Source: Malassezia furfur (Eukaryota). From it: DNA of 64,000 nt. Every line of letters begins with the position of its first letter. Positions within the stretch are counted from its first letter, which is position 1. Under the pieces are notes generated by a model. That model saw nothing but the letters and a program-made list of their open reading frames with translations. It had not been told where the DNA came from and made no database searches. Of this stretch, positions 31,137-43,310 are shown in pieces. The translations under genes were made by a program, and so were the position numbers. Location: the NCBI GenBank assembly GCA_052055015.1, contig JBQJIT010000012.1; one strand, written 5' to 3'.

Positions 31137-32367
31137 ATGACGGAGTCTGCACCCAAAGCCGTAATTGTCGGAGCCGGCGGTGCGTTGTGTGGTATTGTTG
31201 GCTAATACCAGTGCTCGGACTTACTAGTGCGCTCGAGTTGCGCGCCCGTGGCTACCAAGTCACGTTCGTCGCTCGCGATCTTCCCCATGATTATCACTCA
31301 CAGGGCTTTGCGTCGCCGTGGGCGGTAAGTCTTACTGCTCACACAGGGTGCAAACTGGCTTTCGTTTGCGGGAAGTGACGAAGCACAGCGCCGTCGCGAT
31401 GCGACGACCTACAAAAAGTTCCGTGAACTGAGCAAGGAGCTGCCAGACGACACGCTCGCATTCATCCCCTTCTCGTGCTTCCACCCGAAGGAAAACGATA
31501 CCGAGACGTATTGGTTCGGCGACCTGTGCGGCGGTGTACGTATCGCAACTCATTACAGATGAAAATGTACCCGGCCGGTCAACCTAAGTCGACCGACGAA
31601 GCGCCTTACCTGTACGAGTTCGAGTCCATGGGCTTAAATGTGCCGCGCTACCTGCAATGGTTGGTGAAGCGCCTCAGTGAGCCGCACAAGGACCTCCCCG
31701 GGCCGCCTGTGCGTTTCCTGCGAGGCTATGTGCCGTCGCTTAAGGCGGCAGCCGAGCTCGTGCCGGGCGCATCACTGGTGATCAATGCGTCAGGGCTGGG
31801 TGCCAAGAACCTTGAAGATGTACGGGACGATAAAATGTACCCGATCCGTGGTCAGACCGTGCTGGTGTACGCGCCACGTTTCCGTGACCCCAAAGTTGCG
31901 CGGTGCTACAGTCGAATCACCAAGGACGGTGCGACCTACGTCATCCCTCGCGCGCGCAGTGGACAGGTGATTCTGGGTGGCACGTTTGATGTGCGCAAGA
32001 CTGATACGCTCAATCCCAAGGCAGATGTGACAGACCGGATTCTGCGCAACTGTGTCGAGCTGGCGCCTGAACTGCTGCCCGAGACGGCGGACCCCAACGA
32101 CCCAACCGCGTACGTGACGCTGGATGTGCTGCGGAACAACATTGGTGTGCGTCCTGCACGCGAGGGTGGTGTGCGTGTCGAGCTGGACAAGCCGCTCCAT
32201 GTGGATGGCCACGAGGTGGGCGTGATTCATGCCTACGGGATCGGTACGTCGTCCCTACTCACGACACAGGCCCTGCAGGGTACCAAGCAAGCTACGGCGT
32301 GGCTGCCGAGGTCGGTGCGCTCGTGGACCAATGGCGCTCGACGCACGGACCGCGCGCGAAGCTGTAG
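31137..32367 (+). CDS. D-amino acid oxidase, peroxisomal (PTS1 AKL)
   Basis: [65 protein letters not shown], ends AKL*. Introns 31180-31211, 31325-31346, 31536-31558, 32244-32269. Confidence 0.93.
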
Positions 32368-32401
32368 CGGCCAGCACGCGCGCCAGCGGCCATACGATGT
32401 A

Positions 32402-32435
32402 GCACGTGACATGCACCCCTCTGCAGGCATAAAAT
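32402..32435 (+). promoter_or_regulatory. CACGTGAC box plus A-rich TATA-like element upstream of the candidate ncRNA
   Basis: GCACGTGAC at 32402-32410 and CATAAAA at 32428-32434; the same box recurs in many promoters of this window. Confidence 0.4.
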
Positions 32436-32459
32436 GTGCCGCGGTGCGATTTTTTGCTT

Positions 32460-32895
32460 TCTCACCGCACCGGCGTGGTGAGGGTCCCTCTGGGACGCTC
32501 GCGCGCAGACCACTGAAGGGATGCGCCGACCTTTGGGTATCCATGAGCCTTAGCGGGCGAGTGGGCATTCGCGTAGACCGGTTGGCGGTAGCGGCTAGCG
32601 ACTCGCCCATGTTGTCCCCCGTTTGTTGTATGGCCGGAAGCTGCACGGCAAGCACCTTGGCACGTTTGCAGGGAGTCGGAGTATCGATCGCCGTCTGAGC
32701 TGGTCTGCTCCGGGTCCTGAGTGGCAAGACGGCTACCGTGTATGTGGGTCATGCACGGCGGGTGTGTCGCATGGGATGGAGGACCCCCTAATTTCATGGC
32801 CTAGAGGCAGCCGCTATGCGGCAATGACCTGTCGGGTCACAACCTAGGGTTGGTTACATTTTTGCCAGACTGTGTTGTGCTATTCCATAGTTTTT
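32460..32895 (+). ncRNA. Candidate structured ncRNA of unknown class (Sm-like site, three-way junction)
   Basis: More than 8 nested helices with G-U pairs valid on +, AUUUUUG at 32858-64 followed by a hairpin, and upstream CACGTGAC. No convincing ORF. Confidence 0.55.
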
Positions 32896-32912
32896 CAAAC
32901 ATGTGTGCCCAT

Positions 32913-33624
32913 CTAGTCGGCGGCCAGGCGGCGCGCCGAGGCGTCGCGCTTGGCCTTGAGCATAGCAAGCTTTTCTTCCTTGCTGGCATCGTACGAGACG
33001 TGCAGCTGGTTGAACGGGTTGTCCGGCGACTTTTGGAACTGCTTGTAGAGCAGGTCGTTGTACTGCTGCAGACGCAGGCCCGGGTGGTCCTCGCGCAGCC
33101 TGGGCAGCTCGCGCTCCTTGTACGCCTCGAAGGCCGCCTTGAAGCGGCGCTCCGGGTGCTTTTCGAGGGCGCCTGCCGCGGCACCGCGGCTGGCTTTGTC
33201 GCTGCGGTCGTTGACCAGGTTCATGGCCTCGAGTGCATCGTCCAGATTGGATGCACTGAACGACGCGATCTGCAGATCAAGGTCGTCGAGGTCATTGGGC
33301 CCTGCCGGTGCACCCTTGCGTGCGCTCGGCTTGGTGTTGTTGCTCTTATTGCCGCTCGACTTCTTCGACGGAGTTGCGGCATCGTCCTCTTCCTGGAGGC
33401 GGCGGAGTTCCTCGCGTTTGCGTGCCTTGGCTTCCTCCTTCTCGCGGCGCTCGTCGGCGGACGACTTGCCCTTGGCACCCTTCTGCCACTTTTGCTCCTC
33501 CTCGGCCTCACGGGCCTCGGCAGCCTGGGCGGCCTTGCGCTCGGCAGCCTCTGCCTTGCGCGCACGGCCGGCAACAGCCTTTGCATTCACTGGGTGAGTG
33601 GGGCGACATACTCTTGGGGGGCAT
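32913..33624 (-). CDS. CCDC124/Oxs1/Lso2-family coiled-coil ribosome-binding protein
   Basis: MPPK|MNAKAVAGRARKA..., EKHPERRFKAAFEAYKERELP.LR...PGLRL.QY...L.K.F.KSPDNPFNQ. Intron 33590-33611. Confidence 0.9.
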
Positions 33625-33775
33625 GGTGATGATGGTTGGGCGGGCCGTGCGGGAATCGATCGGGGTGGAGTTGTGGCGTGGTGGGAATTTGCCCAATTTG
33701 TGCAGGTCACTTGTTCATTCCCCCGGACGCACGACCGCCGACCTGTTTGACGACGTGCATAACGCAGCACTTTTC

Positions 33776-36071
33776 ATGGCGACGAGCGCAGATACTGCGC
33801 CCATCATCGCCGAGGCGCGCGGCATCGTCGAGCGGATTCAACAGATTGACCGCGCGTTCGACCTGCTAGCCAAAGCGCCGGACGCGACCGAGAGCGTCGT
33901 GTCGACCCTCGCGCCGCAAGATGCGCAGGGCCTCGCCGACCTGCCCAGTACAGCCGCGCAAGCGCAATTGCGCACGCGACGCGAGGGTACGTGTGCATCC
34001 TGACGCAGCACTTGTACAGCAGCGCGCCCAGCTCAAGGATGCTTTTGCGGCGCACGTTCGGCAATCGCTCACCTCTTCGTTACAACAGCTCGTGCCCAAC
34101 GAGGGTGGCGACGCGACCACCTCCGACGGGTCCGGCCAGGTGCTCAACGAAGAGGGTCTTCCGTTCGTCGACCCCCTCGAGGTGCTGCCCGACTCGCCGC
34201 CACAGACGCCGCAGCTCAGTGCCGAACGGTCCACGGCGCCAACAGGCAATGTACTGGGCCGTGCGCCTGGTCAAGTGGCGCCTTTCCACCCTGAGCGCGA
34301 GGTAGGTGGTGGCCAATCGCGCAAAGAATGGATGGACTCAGTTTTCGCGTCGCTCGAGCGCGAGGAAGAGGCAGAGCTCGCGGCGGCCGCTGCCGCAGAA
34401 CCTGCGGCGGCCGCTGCCGACGCCGCACCCTCAGAGGCACCCACGGGCGAGCCGGGCAAAATGAAGGCGATCCAGCGCGGCTTTCTGCAGCGCCGCGCCG
34501 AGAAGCAGGCGCAGCTGCACCCTGAGCCATCCACCGATGCGCCTGTGCGACCCAAGAAGCAGGTTCGTATCGCTGCGCCGCCATCCGACAGCGACGACGA
34601 CGACGACGAAAACAGCGACGACGAGGCGAGTGCCCCGGCGAAACGGACAGCGACCGAGAGGCGGTCCAAGTCGGTGCATTACGGCCGTCACCCCGACGAC
34701 GTCGGGGTCGAAGAAGAGGCCGCACGGATCGTCGATATGCTCGGCCCCCAAATCATCGAGGGTCACCCCAACGCAAACCGCATTCTGGCGGACCTGCGTG
34801 CCGAGCAGACGCGCATGGTGCAGCGTGCGCCGCCTGCGCCGACACCAAGTGAGCCGAGCGTACCGCCCAAGCCGGCCATTGGCGAGGCGGTCGTCGAGCG
34901 CGACACTGCGCCGCCGTCCAGTGCAGAAGCGCCGCGCGCCGCGCCGCGCAAAAAGCTGAGTGCATTCAAGCAACGGCAGCTGGAGCGCCAGGGACATAGC
35001 AGCGATGCGCCGGTGCCGCCGGTGCCTGCCGCGCCGCAGGTGTCGCACGGCGTGCCGGCCATTGAGCGCGCGGGGCGTGCGGACGAGTCGTTGGCACCGG
35101 CGCGTGCGCAGCAGGGCCTTCCGCCGCAGATCCCACATGCACGCCCCACCAAGGCGTATGCGGAGCGCCTCGCGCGCCGGCGACAGGGTGCGCCAAATGC
35201 CGATGACCCCGCCGAGCGCGTCGATGTGGCGCCCGACGTGCCGGCGGCGGGTGGCCGTCGCGTGCGTTTTGGCGCACCGACGGTCGTCGAGCCCGAGGAA
35301 ATGGACGAGGAGCATGAATCGTACGGCGTGCCGGATGCCCCGGCATCGGACACGGAGATGGACGACGAGGAGAATCCGGCGGTGCATCCGTATGAGCGCG
35401 ACTCGGACGAGATGCAGACGGACGACTCAGACGACGAGGGGCTATGGGACAGCGACGATGAATACACGCCCGCGGATCTCGAGGCGCTCAAGCCAAGCAT
35501 GTCGGAGCACCCCGAAGATGCGTTCTGGAATGAGCAGCTCGCGAAAGAGTACGCTGAGGCCAAGGCGCGCCTGTCGCTGCCTGCGACGCGTCTTCCGCCG
35601 CCGCCGGCGGGCGACGACGACGATGCGGCTGAGTCGTATGGCATCGCACCACTCGATGCGTCGCTCGCTTCCACCGCCGAGGAGCGGGGAACGTCGCAGC
35701 GCAGCCGTCCGCGCGTGTCGCAGTTCAAGGCGGCACGCATGACCGGTGCGCCCCTGCCGAACCCCCGCGACGATTACGCGGCGCGACAGGACCATGCGGG
35801 GCACGCGCTGGCCCACGAGCTGCGCGAGCACGAGCCGGGTACACCGGCACCCGTCATGGTACTGCCGAGCCTGGCGCCCGTGCGCTACCCTCGTCCCACC
35901 GACGAGGCCGGCGCAGTGGATTTGGACGGCGAGTCTGACGAGGACGACGACCGGTTGCAGGAGTTGATGCGTGCGCGGCTCGCGATCGATGCCGACGGCG
36001 GCGCATCTGCCGACGAGGCACGGCGCGCGGCGCGTCCACCCCAGGTCCAAGCCACACGAAAGGCTACATAA
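33776..36071 (+). CDS. Bud27/URI-like protein (DUF3835-type C-terminal motif)
   Basis: NEEGLPFVDP motif, acidic tracts, RVSQFKAAR. Intron 33987-34008 (22 nt). Confidence 0.6.
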
Positions 36072-36077
36072 CATAGT

Positions 36078-36755
36078 CTACGACAGCGACGGGTCGAGGA
36101 CGACCGGGTCAATCCCCTGCCGCTGCAGCTCCTTTTCGCGCTCGAATGCGTTCAGGTCAGTCTTTTCGAAGCGGCGACGGCGTGGCGCGCCGACGGGCGC
36201 GGGCAGCGACGCAGCGCGGTCCAAGGCCACCCCGACGTACCGCCGCTGCTTGTGCCGCGACGAGGGGTGTGGGCGGACGATCTCCGGGGTGCGCTGCGAG
36301 ACGAACGTGCGCTGCGGGAGGCGCAGTGGCAAGTCGCCGAGCGCTGGCGTCTGTGCCTTGGGAACGGGCGGCGTCGTAGGCTGCTTGTAGAACCACACGA
36401 CGCCTGGCTCGGTGGCATACAGGGTATGATCGCGGCCCATCTTGACATTTTCGCCCGCGTGCCACTCGGTGCCGCGCTGGCGCACAATGATCTCACCCGG
36501 GTACACGAACATGGCTGCGTGAGTGAGAGGCTACGCACATCCCGAGCGCTTCACGCCCAAACGACGACCGGCGCTGTTGCGGTTGTTCTTGGTCGTACCA
36601 CCGCCGCGCTTGGCCGAGTTACGCGTCTGAATCGCGCCGCCGAATGGGAACGCCGGCAGCGTATCCCATGTGCGTGCGAGTACCGACGAGGGCAGCAAAG
36701 CCGTCTGCAGCGGCGTCGCGACGCGCAGCGAGGCCGTCCGTACCGCACCGAACAT
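36078..36755 (-). CDS. MRP7: Mitochondrial ribosomal protein bL27m
   Basis: [53 protein letters not shown]. Intron 36515-36538. Confidence 0.93.
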
Positions 36756-36842
36756 GGCGCACTGGAAGACGAGAAGGCGAGCACGTGACGAGGGAGTGGC
36801 GACGCGGCTTCTTCGCGGCGCCTTCTTCTCTGTCGTAGCGCG

Positions 36843-37529
36843 ATGTGGCCGTTTTCGTCGAAGCAGGAGAGTGCGCCCGCGGTGCCGGCTCAGCCGCCCG
36901 CGCACGATGCAGAGGCTACCGAGTACCTGCGGAGCCACAATTTCGAAAAGACGCCGGATCATGCGCCGCCCATGGAGGCGCCGACGGCGGCGAGTTTGCT
37001 GCACCACACGGCGCTCGACCCGGCGAAGCTGCACCCGCTCGCCAACATCCGTGACGATGATTTGGAATACCTCGATATTGATGAGGACAAGCCCAACACC
37101 CTCGAGGGTGCGCGGACCGCGCTGCCGAGCCGTGGGTGGAGCGATGACCTTTGCTACGGCACCGGCACCACCTACCTGGGTGGTTTGACGCTCGGCAGCC
37201 TCATGGGCCTGCGCGAGGGCCTGTCGCGCCCGCTGGGCATCGAGAACCCCACGTTCCGCCTGCGTATGAACGCGGTGCTGAACCAAGTCACGCGGCGGAG
37301 CACCTTTATTGGCAACAGCGCCGGCGTGATCGCCATGACATACAACCTGTTCGATGCGTCGATCGATGCGTTCCGCGGCAAGCACGACATCTGGGGCAGT
37401 ATGGCGTCTGGCGCGCTGAGCGGCGCGCTCTTCCGGTGCACGTCTGGTGCACGTGCCATGATCGTCTCGAGCGCGATCATGACGGGCGCCGCGGCGGCCT
37501 GGACGGGTGCCAAGCGCGCCATGCTGTAA
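36843..37529 (+). CDS. TIM23: Mitochondrial inner membrane translocase Tim23
   Basis: LPSRGWSDDLCYGTGTTYL, LN.VTRR...GNSAG. Confidence 0.96.
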   Translation: MWPFSSKQESAPAVPAQPPAHDAEATEYLRSHNFEKTPDHAPPMEAPTAASLLHHTALDPAKLHPLANIRDDDLEYLDIDEDKPNTLEGARTALPSRGWSDDLCYGTGTTYLGGLTLGSLMGLREGLSRPLGIENPTFRLRMNAVLNQVTRRSTFIGNSAGVIAMTYNLFDASIDAFRGKHDIWGSMASGALSGALFRCTSGARAMIVSSAIMTGAAAAWTGAKRAML

Positions 37530-37566
37530 GGTGCGAAGAAATAGAGGCGATGTACTACGACGCACA

Positions 37567-39005
37567 TTAGAAACTGCGGATGCTGAGCTTCGAGAAGAGC
37601 TGGAACAAACTCTTGCTCGAGTTGGGGTACTGTCCGTGGACGAGGTTTTCGATCGTGGGGGCAAAGTCGGGGCGCGTCTTGACTTCTTCCCAGTGCAGCG
37701 TGATAAAGTCGAGGTGCGCGCGCTGCACCTCGGGGAAGCGGTCGCCAAACGGCGAGAGCAGATCGGCGAGCACCGTGCGCGAGCTCAGGTTGAGCGTCAG
37801 GTGGTCAAACGCACGCAGCGTCAGGTCCGGCAGGTCCAGCTGCTGACCGAGGCAGTACGCCGCCTTGCTCGAGAACGCCGGCGGCCACAGCGACGGGTTC
37901 TGCTTCGAGCCGTCGCCAAGCAGCTCACTCGCCTCCTCGTGCAGCGACGTCGCATCGCTATGCGGCGACTGGTGCGGGCTAGAGACAAAGTGCACCTGGC
38001 TGGTGTACAGGTAGAACAGCAGCGCCTGCACCGAGCGGGGCGTCGCCCCCGTCACGCGGTACTGCTTCACGCCGTTCTTGGGCGGCGGCATGGGTGCCGA
38101 GCTGCTGCCGCGCGTGGGGCGGCTGCCACGCGTCGCCGCACCTGCAGGCGCCCGCGCAGCGGGCGCATTGCTGCCTGCGCCGCCGTACGCCGTTGCACCG
38201 CGCGACGCCGGCGTCTGAGCGATCGGCGTGGCCGTGCTAGACGACACCCCCGCCTCTTCGTTCTGCGCCGAGTACCGCCGCAGCCGGCCCGACTCGTCGC
38301 GCGGCACATCCGCGGCGCCGCCCAGCACGTCCCGCGCCTGGTTGCCACGCTTCATGAACTTGGAAAAGATGCTCGTACTGCGGTGCGACGACGAGTTAAA
38401 TGGCGAAGCAAGGCTCGTCGTCGACTGGTTGCGGCTCGACATGGCCGACGGCGTCGCGGGCGGCTGCTGCGCTTGCGCGCGCGCCGGCGCACCTGGCGTC
38501 GGGCCAGTCGCCGTCACGACCGAGCTCGTGATCGATGCGGTGTCGTTCACCGACGCATCGTCGAACGAGTCTGTCGAGTCGTCGTCACTGAGCAGCACCT
38601 CGTCGTTCGCTGGGCGCGTCGCCACGGCGCCGCGCGAACCAGCGCCCATGCCGGAGCGCCCCGCACCGGCGGCCGGGCGCTTGGACGCAGGCTGGTCGAA
38701 TTCCATCGCATCGAGCTCGATCGTGTTGCCGCTCTGCATGCCTGGGGTTAGTGTCGCGACGTACGCTTGTACAGCATGGGGCATGCCCGCTTCGCGACCG
38801 CGCTGTGCAGGTACAGGCTCTGGTCCTTGCCCTTGTGCTTCACGACAAACTCCGTGTCGTAGAACGGCGAGCCCCAGATCGCCGCCGCGATCGCGTCCAA
38901 AGCCACATGGCTCACGGTCGCGAGCTTGGGCTCGGGTGCGGCGTCAGAGTACACCGTGTCACTCATCACGATAGGCTCGGCCGCAGTGGTCGACGACTGG
39001 TACAT
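37567..39005 (-). CDS. BTB/POZ-like basidiomycete protein
   Basis: PFYDTEFVV...LYLHS split from V.GATPRSVQALLFYLYTSQVHF...SSKAAYCL...LDL..L...AF by a low-complexity insert. Intron 38742-38764. Start uncertain. Confidence 0.6.
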
Positions 39006-39177
39006 GGTGTAGAGAGGCGATCCAGGGACCACCGCCCCAGGCGTCTGGCCGCCCTATACGCCTGATTCAGCAGCCCGAATCCCCGCGCAGGGACTTGCAT
39101 ATGTCGTACATAATTCCAGGGGGGGTCGGACCAATCTGCGTGCTACTCGAGTCCCCACGCATTTGTGTCACATTACC

Positions 39178-40068
39178 ATGGCGGCCGGCTTCGCACACGC
39201 ACCGTGCACCAAAGGTACGGTCGAAGGCTCATGCAGCGGCGATCCTCAGCCTCGCACTCACGTCGTTGGTGGTCTCGTTTGCGGGCGCGAAGCCCTACAT
39301 CCAATTCCGGATCGTGCCCCATGTGTCGACCTATCATCAGGTACGCGTGCGCACGGACTCACCCCCAGTACTGGCAGCTTGCAACCTACCCGCTCGCGTA
39401 TACCAATAGCTCCGAGCTGTTTGCGGGGTCATTGCTCACCTACTACGCGGCGTGCCCGGTAGAACGGCGGTTCGGCGCGCGCAAGTTTGCGGTACGCATC
39501 GCTAGCCCTGATGCAGCTGTTTCTCGCTCTCGTTTATACCTTGCATGTGGCCCTCTCGCTGCTCTGGGGCCTATTGTCTATTGCTGCCGTTGCACTACTG
39601 CCCGCACGCGTACAGGCGTGGTCCATTGTGGCAGAAGGCGGCGCCGGCTACCTCCCAGGCGGGCCGTTCGGCGTCCTCGCCGCGCTCACCCACCAATACT
39701 ACACGCATGTACCCCCCCTGTGGTCCATTCAGGTCTCGGACGTGGAATTCACCGACCGCGTGCTGGTAGGCATGCTCGCGGGACTCGTACGTACGCGCGC
39801 CCTCACCCAGCTCGCCATCTCGCAGCCGCCGCTGTCGCTCGTGACCTTTGGCCTGGGCATGCTGGCCTCGGTGCTGTACAGCGCACACATTGGCTCATTC
39901 ACGCTGAGCTCATACAAAATGCCCGACCGCATTGCGAGCCCAGCAAGCCGTCTGTTTGAGCCGTGGCTTGGCACGACGCGCCTGCCCTTCCGCCCGCCGC
40001 GCGCGACTTACCGCACGCTGCGCCCCCGCGATACCTCCACGTGGCCCGCAGGGGCCTCCACCTCGTAG
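39178..40068 (+). CDS. Dsc2/UBAC2-like rhomboid pseudoprotease (5 exons)
   Basis: GFAHAPCTK, YHQYWQL, NSSELF, VERRFGARKFA, GPFG. Introns 39215-39236, 39341-39368, 39492-39516, 39787-39810. Confidence 0.75.
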
Positions 40069-40088
40069 CGACCTTTCGATACCCCACG

Positions 40089-42502
40089 ATGCTGCCCTCG
40101 CTGCGCACCAGTCTGTTCGCGACGCCAGCGGGGAAGGGCGAGACGAGCTACGTGCCAGCACACGTGGATCATCTCATGATGTTTTGCCCCAGACTTACGC
40201 AGCATCTCGCCGCCGAGGACCCAGCACGGCTCACGGACCAGGTCCTGTTTTATACTTCAATCGCCAACCCTGTGTCCCACGCGACTATTGCACAGCAGAC
40301 AGCGCTCGCAAATGCCCTGATCGATTTTGCCTCGTCACAGCACAATAAAATGCACACGTCTGTACATACAGGCCTTCGCAAGGTCGCGGTCGCAACGACC
40401 GGCCGGCGCTTGGTGTCCGTGGAAGTTCACCCCGAGTACTGGATGCACGCGGTATGCCAGCCATCTCACACAGAGTATCGCGCTTCCCCGGATTGCGGAC
40501 GAAGACCTCCCTTGGAATGTCCCGGAGTGGCTGCAACAACAAATGCAGAATGCATGGGACGCGTGGCAGCTTCAACACGGCGATCCTGACACGGTGCAGA
40601 CCAAGTACGGGCGTGAGAAGCTTGAGCGAGATCTTGAGCGCTTCTTCTCCAAATGGCTATGGCAGTGGGATGTAGAGCGCCAGACGGCCTCGCCACTGCA
40701 TGCATCAGCCCCACCGCCCGCCCGCGTCGGCCTCGTGGCCGAGACAGTTGCGTCATTGGCATCGTGCGTGGATATCCCCGCATCGAGCCTCGCAAAGCCG
40801 ATGGCATGGTTTGCCAAGACATCAGAAGATCTTGTGGATGCGCCGTTCGATACACTACTGTTGCGTGATGACCAGGTGCTATGGCCTCAGGCTCACACAC
40901 ACGATGCGGAACAGAGCGCCCTGGAAGCGTACGACCGTCGGAAAATCGCCATGTATGTTTTGGCCCAATTAGTTCGCCTTGATCAGGCACGTACGGATGA
41001 TGCCAAGGCGTGGGCCCATGCGCGACAGTCCAAGCAGACGGAGTCAACCACATACCGTCCCAGCACCCTGCCAAGCACTGAGGATGTCACCAGCTTCTTC
41101 TCAGACAGTTCTTCGTGGCTCGGGTTGGACCGTATGTGGTCTGCCGCGAAAAGGACGGCCGCATACACCAAGGCATCTACGATGGGAATCGGCACGGACT
41201 CAGACAATGTGCGCCCCACTACCCCACTTGAGACGAACGCCGCGCACGAAGATCTTCGTCCGCCGGCGTCTGATGCGGTCGATGCTCCACCTCAGTCCTC
41301 CGAGCCACTGAATGCTCCCGAACCCGATAACGCTCCTGACACTGACGACGTATCCGAGCCTAATGCGCCCGAGGCAGATCTCTCAACTGTGATCGCCGAC
41401 GATTTGTCCGCGTCGGTCGACTCGTTCCCATCCATGGGCCCCAATGAGGGTCATACAACCCCCGAACCGCAGGCGCACCATATACCCTTTCCCGTGCGTG
41501 AACAAAGCGCGCTGTTTTCCACCAACGCTCCTTTCCAGGCTCTGCACGAGCAACTCAACCAGGCGCTCGGCTCAGATGACCATGACACGGCGCCCACTTC
41601 AAACTCTGGTGCCGCGCTCCAGCATTCGCAGGCGCATGCCGCGTACGCTGCGGCGAACCCGCTTGCCTCTGTGTCTCCCTCGGCGCTACAGGCACCTCGG
41701 GAGAAACCAGCAGACGCACTGCAATTCCGTTCGAAGCCGGCACTGGCGGACCGCGACAAAGACCCTGCAAAGACCAATGGAGACAAGCAGTTCCCGGCCC
41801 TGCCCGCGACGCGCAATTCCTGGTACCATGCGCCTCGAAGAACCCAGGTCGTTGATACGCCTTTCCCGCACGACCCGGCCCTGGATGGATGGGGCCAAGA
41901 AACGCCACAGGCCTGGCACAGTGCGCAACTCCATCTGGGGCAAGCAGGGCAGCCGCCCGTGTACATTACGTATACTACGGTTCGTGCCATGTACTGACGC
42001 AGCGCAAACTCTTAACCGTGATCCATGTATGGCACACCAAGCCGCAGGACGCACACGCGTGGCTGGTAGTTTCCTGGGAACTTCTGCGCCGCGTTCAGCG
42101 CGTCGTGAACGACGCCTTGCTCCGTGCGCCCGCCCACTCGGCGGACTATCTGCATATGGATGACCGATCTGCCCTCACGCTCAACCACCTGGCGCTTGTC
42201 CGTGACGCGCCGGCCGAGATGCGGGCAGGCATCGAGGCCCAGCTGCTCGCCGCTGAGGGAATGCTGCAAAGGTACGCCTTGCACACGTGGACTTACGCAG
42301 ACACCATGTCAAGGAGACACTCGCGCGCGAGGAGCACGGCCTGTATTGCGTGGCTGCACGCGCCGCGGCGCATACAGACCGCGAGAATGCCTCACGTACG
42401 TTTCTTGTGCTGCATGGAAACGAGCAGCGGCGGTATGGCATCGCCGAATGCGACCAGCAGATGCGCCGCTTGGCAGCAAAGCACAGTGCGTTCAACCTCT
42501 AG
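40089..42502 (+). CDS. Ccz1-like longin-domain protein (Mon1-Ccz1 GEF)
   Basis: DQVLFYTS...QQTALANALIDFAS, RRLVSVEVHPEYWMHASIAL, LERFFSKWLWQWDV. Introns 40452-40473, 41980-42002, 42272-42300. Confidence 0.6.
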
Positions 42503-42560
42503 AGATGATTCATAAGCGCGCGGCTAGTATAGACGGTGCACTAAGGTGCCTTGTAAACGT

Positions 42561-43206
42561 CTACTCATTCTTCTCCAGGTAGGCACGCAGCGCTTCGAGC
42601 CAGTTTTGGCGCAGCTTCATCGGCCCTTCGTGCTTCACGACGAAGCGGTACGTGTCGTTACGCTCGTACGAGTCGGGCACGAGCTTGGAGTCGGTGAACG
42701 CCACACTTCCGAAAATCGCCTCGGGTGGCGAAATGCGACCAGGCATAGCCATATGACGCGCGTCTGTATAAGTTGGAATACATACCACAAAGATGTGCCC
42801 ATCCATTCTCGCGCATCTCGGCCTCAAAAATAAGGTTTTCGTCCGATGCGATCTGGCCCTGCAGCACATGGTGCAGCGCGTTCCAAAACTCCTCGTTCAT
42901 GTTCACCTTGTCGGGGTTCTCACGAACAAACTCGGAAGGGTTTGCGTCTCCCGGCTGGATATGACCAATGACCGACAAGCCATTGGGCGACTTCGGGGGG
43001 CGTTCGAAGAGCGTGATGGCCCAGTTTCCTTGCCCCACATCGTGGTAAAAGAGACCGGTTTCGGTGTCGGTGTCGCGCTTGACCGCTTGGAGAAGGGGTA
43101 CACTGGCATGCAGGCCGCGCACCGAGATAGACGGAAACACGACCTGGGGGCGCATAGCACCCGTACGCAGAGCGCGCAAGCTTACCGAAGAACCAAAACG
43201 CAGCAT
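42561..43206 (-). CDS. Uncharacterised, probably mitochondrial fungal protein
   Basis: Presequence-like MLRFGSSVSLRALR..RGLHAS; GWAHLCDAR...GRISPPEAIFGSV...YERNDTYR after intron 42764-42785. Confidence 0.65.
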
Positions 43207-43310
43207 GGAAGAAACTGTGGACCCTGAAACAGATCTAGGGTCGCGGGGGTGGGGTAGGCCCGAGCACCTTGTGAAATTTCGTGCGTTCTTAGTCAGCTGC
43301 GCCAAGCATC

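Noticed and set aside
32837..32856. Telomere-like CTAGGGTTGG as telomerase template
   Set aside because: Not a 1.5-copy repeat, wrong polarity for the + strand RNA, and it forms a helix strand; the species' telomere repeat is not visible in this window.
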